IMG/VR virus record: IMGVR_UViG_3300029080_000073
Origin: a virus
Lineage: Duplodnaviria; Heunggongvirae; Uroviricota; Caudoviricetes
Direction: 5' to 3' (one strand)
Length of the DNA stretch: 21,388 nt
Below the pieces are notes generated by a model that saw nothing but the letters and a program-made list of their open reading frames with translations, did not search any database and was not told the origin of the DNA. The position numbers and the translations under genes are program-made. This document shows positions 15,471 through 21,388 of the stretch, one piece after another. How positions within the stretch are numbered: the stretch's first letter is position 1; every line of letters starts with the position of its first letter.

Positions 15471-16076
15471 ATGGAATTTAAAGATTTACCAAAAGAAATC
15501 CAGATAATTGCTGCAACGACACTCGGTGATAGTCTGGTGAAAATTGACCCGGCATACACCAAAAAAGAAACCATCGATAATATGGTTCGTAATGTGCGCA
15601 ATGCTTTTTCAGGGCTATATGGTTCTGATAATCAAAAACAGGAAAACGATATTGATGAACGGGTAATTTCTGTTTGCCTGAATGGTCATGTTATTTCAGC
15701 AATCAGAACAGAAACGGCAACTGCTTTTGATTATCTCTGCATGATTCAGAGTCTTGCCGATGTTCTGTTGAAATCAAAAGATTTAGAAAACGATGCAAAT
15801 TTACAGGGGCGCACAATAGCACATCCATATGCACATATTTTAAGCTCTGTGGATGTTAAAAATAATACCCTGCAAGTTGCTTTCGAACATTCACCGCAAG
15901 AGTTAAAAACGAAAAAAGACGATGCGGATAAAAATAATAACGATGCACCTGATTTGTTTATTATCAGCTCAAAGCTGCTGGAAATCATGAAGAGCGAGCT
16001 TGAAAAACACAACATCAAGCCCACTTCTGTAAATTTACGATGGGTAATGAGGATTATTGACGCTTCTCTGTCATAA
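15471..16076 (+). CDS. hypothetical protein (201 aa), AT-rich insertion in the dicB operon
   Basis: ORF track; AATAATGG-type RBS context; markedly AT-rich codon usage versus neighbours; no recognisable motif. Confidence 0.5.
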   Translation: MEFKDLPKEIQIIAATTLGDSLVKIDPAYTKKETIDNMVRNVRNAFSGLYGSDNQKQENDIDERVISVCLNGHVISAIRTETATAFDYLCMIQSLADVLLKSKDLENDANLQGRTIAHPYAHILSSVDVKNNTLQVAFEHSPQELKTKKDDADKNNNDAPDLFIISSKLLEIMKSELEKHNIKPTSVNLRWVMRIIDASLS

Positions 16077-16569
16077 GCTTCTTATCCAGGAATGCTTCAA
16101 ATGTATTGTAAATGGCGTCAATTTCCCCCATTTGCTCGGTAGCAAGAGAAATGGCGTGAGATAGTGAAAGGGGCACCTAGCAATGGGCGTTAAAGGTTTC
16201 CACGGCCAGGCGCATAAGAAACATTACTTTTTCTTCTTGTGTCATAAATTTCACCCTCCTGAGGGTTGGTAATTAAGGAGTTCTCCACGGGTGAGGTGGA
16301 GTGTGTGCGCCGGACACGGGTGAGCATCCGGCACTGACAGTTTACAGAAAGGATATATCCCTGAAAAGTCAGGGCATAACGCGAAAGCGCACGGCGAGGT
16401 AGTTGGTTCATAGATAGCCTGTCGTTAAATTTTCGTCGACCGTGCGCTTCCGGTTGTGGCACTCCGCGAAATGGCGCGGCGGTAAGTATGGCGGGGTTAT
16501 TCCTTCCCCGTTGAGGACACCGGGTTGTCAGGTTGACCATACGCCTGAGTGACAACTCCGCTACAACAA

Positions 16570-16631
16570 CCCATGTTGATTACCTTTTGGCGGGTATTCG
16601 TTTTGTTTTTCCCGTGATACCCGCCCCTTTT
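16570..16631 (+). ncRNA. dicF: DicF-like small RNA (terminator-hairpin 3' end)
   Basis: Between ydfC and dicB as in Qin; 9-bp stem GGCGGGTAT / ATACCCGCC then CCTTTT; 5' end not determined. Confidence 0.4.
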
Positions 16632-16635
16632 AAAG

Positions 16636-16791
16636 TGAATTTTGTGATGCGGTGAATGCGGCTCAGCGCACGCGGAACAGTTAAAACAAGCGGTCTTTTA
16701 CTTGCGTAACAGACATCAACTAACAATCCGGCGTTAATTGTTGACTGGTTAACGTCACCTGGAGGCACCAGGCACCGCATCACAAAATTCA
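16636..16791. repeat. 19-bp long-range inverted repeat pair flanking 118 bp
   Basis: TGAATTTTGTGATGCGGTG (16636..16654) and CACCGCATCACAAAATTCA (16773..16791); inner palindrome CGTTAA-N11-TTAACG. Confidence 0.5.
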
Positions 16792-16808
16792 TTGTTGAGG
16801 ACGCGATA

Positions 16809-16997
16809 ATGGAAACGTTATTACCAAACGTTAATACGTCTGAAGGTTGTTTTGAAATTGGTGTCACTATCAGTAACCCAGTATTTACTGAAGATGCCAT
16901 TAACAAGAGAAAACAAGAACGGGAGCTATTAAATAAAATATGCATTGTTTCAATGCTGGCCCGTTTACGCCTGATGCAAAAAGGATGCTGGCAATGA
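16809..16997 (+). CDS. dicB: cell division inhibitor DicB
   Basis: 62 aa; sequence METLLPNVNTSEGCFEIGVTISNPVFTEDAINKRKQERELLNKICIVSMLARLRLM... recognised as DicB. Confidence 0.8.
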   Translation: METLLPNVNTSEGCFEIGVTISNPVFTEDAINKRKQERELLNKICIVSMLARLRLMQKGCWQ

Positions 16998-17197
16998 ATA
17001 CTACATTTGCACTTGTTCTGACGGTTTTTCTTGTTTCCAGTGAACCGGTTGACATGGTTACTGGCGTATACGGCTCAATGAAAGAATGCATGGTTGCCGC
17101 AGCGGAACAGAAAATTCCCGGTAACTGTTATCCGGTCGATAAAGTTATTCACATGGATAATAACGAAATCCCGGCAGGACTTAAAACAGCACCGTAA
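16994..17197 (+). CDS. ydfD: YdfD-like small secreted/membrane protein (lysis-associated in Qin)
   Basis: Start MNTTFALVLTVFLVSS (signal-peptide-like) overlaps dicB stop by ATGA, as in Qin; track ORF 16940..17197. Confidence 0.55.
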   Translation: MNTTFALVLTVFLVSSEPVDMVTGVYGSMKECMVAAAEQKIPGNCYPVDKVIHMDNNEIPAGLKTAP

Positions 17198-17277
17198 TTA
17201 ATATCCGGTTTCATTTTTATATGCCAGCAATGGCAGGGATTTGTTCACCCTTAAATCTGTAATGAGGTTAAAACAAA

Positions 17278-19749
17278 ATGAGTAAAGTCTTTATTTGCGC
17301 CGCCATTCCGGACGAACAGGCAATAAAGGAAGAAGGTGCAGTCGCTGTAGCCACTGCCATTGAAGCCGGCGACGAACGTCGCGCCCGTGCCAAATTTACC
17401 TGGCAATTCCTGGAGCAATATCCGGCTGCTCAGGACTGCGCTTATAAATTTCTTGTCTGCGAGGATAAACCCGGCATGCCCCGCCCTGCCATCGACTCTT
17501 GGGATGCTGAATATATGCAGGAAAACCGCTGGGATGAGGAGTCAGCTTCCTTTGTCCCGGTTGAGACTGAATCAGATCCGATGAACGTCACTTTTGACAA
17601 GCTGGCCCCTGAAGTACAGAACGCTGTCATGGTTAAGTTCGACACATGTGAAAACATCACCGTTGATATGGTGATTAGTGCACAGGAACTGTTGCAGGAA
17701 GACATGGCAACATTCGACGGACATATCGTTGAAGCGTTGATGAAAATGCCAGAAGTTAACGCCATGTATCCGGAGCTTAAGCTGCATGCCATCGGGTGGG
17801 TTAAGCATAAATGTAAGCCTGGAGCTAAATGGCCCGAAATTCAGGCAGAGATGCGCATCTGGAAAAAACGTCGCGAAGGTGAACGCAAGGAAACCGGAAA
17901 ATACACGTCTGCTGCTGATCTCGTCCGCGCCAGAGCCAATCAACAGAACACTGAAAATTCAACAGGAAAAATCAGCCCGGTCATTGCTGCCACTCATCGC
18001 GAATACAAGCAGACATGGAAAACACTGGATGATGAACTGGCCTACGCTCTGTGGCCTGGTGACATTGATGCCGGAAACATTGACGGCAGCATCCATCGCT
18101 GGGCAAAAAATGAAGTTATCAACAACGACCGCGAAGACTGGAAGCGTATCTCAGCATCAATGCGCAAACAGCCTGATGCCCTTCGCTACGACCGCCAGAC
18201 TATTTTTGGCCTTGTCCGTGAGCGTCCGATCGACATTCACAAAGACCCTGTGGCACTGAACAAATACATTACTGAATACCTGACTACAAAGGGCGTGTTT
18301 GAAGATGAAGGAACAAATCAGAGCGCAACTGATACTCTCTCGTCGCCAGTACCAGAAACTGATGCAGTGGAAACGGCAATTCCGGACAACGAAAAAACCG
18401 AATGCAAAGTGGAAGTCGAACCATCTGTAGAGCGTGAGGGGCCGTTCTACTTCCTCTTCACCGACAAGGATGGCGAAAAATACGGTCGCGCAAACAAACT
18501 TTCTGGTCTGGATAAGGCGCTGTCTGCTGGGGCTACTGAAATCACGAAAGAAGAATATTTCGCCCGCAAAAACGGTACATACTCAGGTTCACAACAAAAT
18601 ACTGGTGCATCTGACACGACCGCACAACCAGGGTCAGTAAAAGTTACCGCTGACGAAGTAAACAAAATTATGCAGGCAGCCAATATCAGCCAGCCTGACG
18701 CCGATGAACTGCTTGCAGTATCACGTGGTGAATTTGTTGAAGGGATTAGCGACCCGAATGATCCGAAATGGGTTAAGGGGATCCAGACCCGCGATTCTGT
18801 GAACCAGAACCAGCAAGAAACGGAACAGAACGACCAGAAAGCGGAACAAAACAGCCCAAATACGCAACAAAACGAGCCAGAAACGAAACAACCTGAACCA
18901 GTAGTGCAACAGGAACCGGAAAAGATCTGCACCGCCTGCGGTCATAGCGGTGGCGGCAACTGCCCTGATTGTGGTGCGGTGATGGGTGACGCAACATACC
19001 AGGAAATATTCGATGGAGAGAATCAGCCTGAAGTTCAGGAAAATGATCCGGAGGAAATGGAAGGCACTGCGCATCAGCACAAGGAGAACACTGGCGGCAA
19101 TCAGCATCATGCCAGCGATAGTGAAACTGGCGAGGCGTCAGATCCCTTAATTAAGGCGAACGGTCATCATAATCTCACATCCACCAGCAGAGCGGGGATT
19201 CATCTGATGATCGACCTTGAAACCATGGGAAAAAATCCCGATGCCCCGATTATCTCAATAGGTGCAATATTTTTCGATCCGCAAACCGGAGATATGGGAC
19301 CGGAATTTAGTAAGACTATCGATCTGGAAACTGCTGGCGGAGTCATTGATCGGGACACCATTAAATGGTGGCTTAAGCAATCACGCGAAGCGCAATCTGC
19401 CATTATGACCGATGAAATCCCGTTAGATGATGCACTGTTACAATTGCGGGAATTTATCGACGAAAACTCCGGTGAATTTTTTGTTCAGGTCTGGGGAAAT
19501 GGAGCCAACTTCGACAACACGATTTTGCGCCGTTCATACGAACGGCAGGGGATCCCCTGCCCGTGGCGTTACTACAACGATCGCGATGTACGCACAATCG
19601 TTGAGCTGGGGAAAGCCATAGACTTCGATGCCAGAACGGCTATTCCATTCGAAGGTGAGCGCCATAATGCACTTGATGACGCCCGTTACCAGGCAAAATA
19701 CGTTTCAGCTATCTGGCAAAAACTGATCCCGAGTCAGGCTGATTCTTAA
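17278..19749 (+). CDS. 823-aa protein: YdfE/RecE-N-like region, zinc ribbon, C-terminal DEDDh (DnaQ-like) 3'-5' exonuclease domain
   Basis: C-terminal exonuclease motifs MIDLETMG, WGNGANFDNTIL and HNALDDARYQ; C-x2-C-x7-C-x2-C ribbon (CTACGHSGGGNCPDC); Q/E/N-rich linker. Confidence 0.7.
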   Translation: MSKVFICAAIPDEQAIKEEGAVAVATAIEAGDERRARAKFTWQFLEQYPAAQDCAYKFLVCEDKPGMPRPAIDSWDAEYMQENRWDEESASFVPVETESDPMNVTFDKLAPEVQNAVMVKFDTCENITVDMVISAQELLQEDMATFDGHIVEALMKMPEVNAMYPELKLHAIGWVKHKCKPGAKWPEIQAEMRIWKKRREGERKETGKYTSAADLVRARANQQNTENSTGKISPVIAATHREYKQTWKTLDDELAYALWPGDIDAGNIDGSIHRWAKNEVINNDREDWKRISASMRKQPDALRYDRQTIFGLVRERPIDIHKDPVALNKYITEYLTTKGVFEDEGTNQSATDTLSSPVPETDAVETAIPDNEKTECKVEVEPSVEREGPFYFLFTDKDGEKYGRANKLSGLDKALSAGATEITKEEYFARKNGTYSGSQQNTGASDTTAQPGSVKVTADEVNKIMQAANISQPDADELLAVSRGEFVEGISDPNDPKWVKGIQTRDSVNQNQQETEQNDQKAEQNSPNTQQNEPETKQPEPVVQQEPEKICTACGHSGGGNCPDCGAVMGDATYQEIFDGENQPEVQENDPEEMEGTAHQHKENTGGNQHHASDSETGEASDPLIKANGHHNLTSTSRAGIHLMIDLETMGKNPDAPIISIGAIFFDPQTGDMGPEFSKTIDLETAGGVIDRDTIKWWLKQSREAQSAIMTDEIPLDDALLQLREFIDENSGEFFVQVWGNGANFDNTILRRSYERQGIPCPWRYYNDRDVRTIVELGKAIDFDARTAIPFEGERHNALDDARYQAKYVSAIWQKLIPSQADS

Positions 19750-19821
19750 TGTTCAACTGTCGCCGGTTGTGACTGGTATTCTGCAACCGGCGCTCGTCTG
19801 ATGTAAGAGATAAAGAAATCG

Positions 19822-20073
19822 ATGAGCGAAGTAATCATGATTGTCTCTCCCGGCAAATGGGTATCCGAAGAGCAGTTAATTGCGCTGAAAGGAATAAAAA
19901 AAGGTACGTTAAAAAAGGCCCGGGAAAAATCGTTTATGGAAGGAAGGGAATATAAGCATGTCGCTCATGACGGTATGCCATGGGATAACAGTCCATGCTT
20001 TTACAACCTGGAAGAAATTGATCGCTGGATTGAGCGCCAGGCATCAGCAAGACCAAGACGTCATCTTACTTGA
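19822..20073 (+). CDS. xis: excisionase-like protein
   Basis: 83-aa basic ORF immediately upstream of the integrase gene; positional plus weak family recall. Confidence 0.55.
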   Translation: MSEVIMIVSPGKWVSEEQLIALKGIKKGTLKKAREKSFMEGREYKHVAHDGMPWDNSPCFYNLEEIDRWIERQASARPRRHLT

Positions 20074-20092
20074 CTAAAAGCCACACTAACTA

Positions 20093-21388
20093 ATGAGAGA
20101 AGTTGAAATGAAATATCCGACAGGCGTGGAAAACCATGGAGGGAAATTACGTATCTGGTTTGTTTATAAAGGCGTAAGAGTCAGGGAAAACCTGGGGGTT
20201 CCTGACACAGCAAAAAACAGGCGCGTTGCAGGTGAGCTACGCGCCTCTGTTTGTTACGCAATAAAAACTGGTGTTTTCGACTATGCAAAACAGTTTCCCT
20301 CCTCACGCAATCTGGAAAAATTTGGTGAGGCCCGACAAGATTTAACCATAAAAGAACTGGCTGAAAAATTTCTGGCACTGAAAGAAACTGAAGTCGCAAA
20401 AACATCACTCAACACATACCGTGCCGTCATCAAAAATATCCTGAGCATAATCGGTGAAAAAAATCTTGCCTCATCGATTAATAAAGAAAAATTACTGGAG
20501 GTTCGTAAAGAGCTACTGACTGGATACCAGATCCCCAAAAGTAACTATATTGTTACACAACCAGGGAGATCGGCTGTAACTGTAAATAATTACATGACAA
20601 ATCTTAACGCCGTGTTCCAGTTTGGTGTTGATAACGGTTACCTGGCAGATAACCCGTTTAAGGGGATCTCGCCATTAAAGGAATCAAGAACCATTCCGGA
20701 TCCTCTTTCGCGGGAGGAATTCATCCGTCTTATCGATGCGTGCAGAAATCAGCAAGCCAAAAATTTATGGTGTGTTTCTGTTTATACTGGCGTTCGCCCT
20801 GGTGAGCTGTGTGCACTTGGATGGGAGGACATAGATCTGAAAAATGGAACAATGATGATCAGGAGAAATTTAGCAAAAGACCGTTTCACGGTACCAAAAA
20901 CACAGGCGGGAACCAATCGGGTCATTCATCTTATTAAGCCAGCAATCGACGCTCTCCGGAGTCAGATGACATTAACGAGACTGAGCAAAGAGCATATCAT
21001 TGATGTTCACCTCAGAGAGTATGGCAGAACAGAAAAACATAAATGCACCTTTGTTTTTCAACCTGAAGTGTCAGCGAGAGTAAAAAATTATGGTGACCAT
21101 TTTACCGTTGACTCAATAAGGCAGATGTGGGACGCAGCGATAAAACGTGCCGGACTCCGCCATCGAAAATCATATCAGTCGAGACATACTTATGCCTGCT
21201 GGTCGCTGACAGCTGGTGCTAACCCAGCATTTATAGCAAACCAGATGGGCCATGCAGATGCGCAAATGGTATTTCAGGTATACGGAAAATGGATGTCTGA
21301 AAACAATAATGCACAGGTAGCTTTGTTAAATACACAGTTAAGCGAGTTTGCCCCAACCATGCCCCATAACGAAGCAATGAAAAATTAA
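20093..21388 (+). CDS. int: phage integrase, tyrosine recombinase
   Basis: Catalytic-domain pattern: Arg in YTGVRPGE, H-x-x-R in SRHTYACW, terminal Tyr in QVYGKWM; N-terminal arm-binding-like region; last gene before window end. Confidence 0.9.
   Translation: MREVEMKYPTGVENHGGKLRIWFVYKGVRVRENLGVPDTAKNRRVAGELRASVCYAIKTGVFDYAKQFPSSRNLEKFGEARQDLTIKELAEKFLALKETEVAKTSLNTYRAVIKNILSIIGEKNLASSINKEKLLEVRKELLTGYQIPKSNYIVTQPGRSAVTVNNYMTNLNAVFQFGVDNGYLADNPFKGISPLKESRTIPDPLSREEFIRLIDACRNQQAKNLWCVSVYTGVRPGELCALGWEDIDLKNGTMMIRRNLAKDRFTVPKTQAGTNRVIHLIKPAIDALRSQMTLTRLSKEHIIDVHLREYGRTEKHKCTFVFQPEVSARVKNYGDHFTVDSIRQMWDAAIKRAGLRHRKSYQSRHTYACWSLTAGANPAFIANQMGHADAQMVFQVYGKWMSENNNAQVALLNTQLSEFAPTMPHNEAMKN

Larger units (their letters stand above)
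1..21388. mobile_element. defective lambdoid (Qin/DLP12-like) prophage; integrase at right end, tail module runs off the left edge
   Basis: Gene order int-xis-exonuclease / repressor-cro side / O-like / RusA-Q-terminator-lysis-terminase-tail on opposing strands; truncated terminase and sheath genes indicate decay. Confidence 0.8.

Noticed and set aside
16170-16250. 22-aa minus-strand micro-ORF (MTQEEKVMFLMRLAVETFNAHC) with AGGAGG
   Set aside because: Strong ribosome-binding site but very short and convergent with the 201-aa gene; cannot be supported without conservation data, so not called as a gene.
16636-16791. Retron (msr/msd with a1/a2 repeats) interpretation of the long-range inverted repeat
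   Set aside because: No reverse transcriptase gene downstream; the repeat sits in the dicF-dicB spacer of a known operon.
16190-16945. Minus-strand ORFs 16190..16555 and 16580..16945
   Set aside because: Arg-rich low-complexity translations that run antisense across the DicF-like hairpin, the inverted repeats and dicB; dicB and the RNA elements explain the region.
17360-19621. Overlapping ORFs within the 823-aa gene (17360..17584, 17442..17943, 17786..18259, 18434..19110, 19200..19621)
   Set aside because: All are alternate-frame or antisense to a long ORF with clear exonuclease motifs.
1-21388. CRISPR arrays, tRNA or rRNA genes, IS elements, att sites
   Set aside because: No regularly spaced direct repeats, no tRNA-like T-loop/acceptor features and no transposase-like ORFs seen by eye; the integrase ends at the window edge, so any att core would lie beyond it.

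Overview
This window reads as a compact, partly degraded lambdoid (Qin/DLP12-like) enterobacterial prophage, running from its tail end (left, minus strand) to its integrase (right end, plus strand). Minus-strand late genes: tail fibre assembly, a Mu/P2-type baseplate-hub-like gene, tail tube, a truncated tail sheath abutting a truncated large terminase, P27-type small terminase, HNH endonuclease, an M15-peptidase endolysin with two membrane (holin-like) genes, a TerB-like cargo gene behind a tR'-like terminator, antiterminator Q, RusA, a DUF968 gene, a hok/mok/sok type I toxin locus, a run of small nin-like genes, an O-like replication initiator with internal iterons, and a YdaS/YdaT-like pair. 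Plus-strand early genes: a DicA/cI-like repressor followed by a ParD/ParE-like toxin-antitoxin pair, a terminator, a second copy of the operator driving ydfA-ydfB-ydfC, an AT-rich 201-aa gene of unknown function, a DicF-like hairpin RNA, dicB, ydfD-like, an 823-aa protein ending in a DEDDh 3'-5' exonuclease domain, excisionase and tyrosine integrase. Most worth a second look: the twin perfect palindromic operators, the repressor-linked TA module, the AT-rich insertion in the dicB operon, two adjacent highly acidic small proteins, and the deletion scar in the morphogenesis module. All calls come from reading the sequence and from remembered protein families; no searches were run. Coordinates not taken from the ORF track are good to a few bp only.
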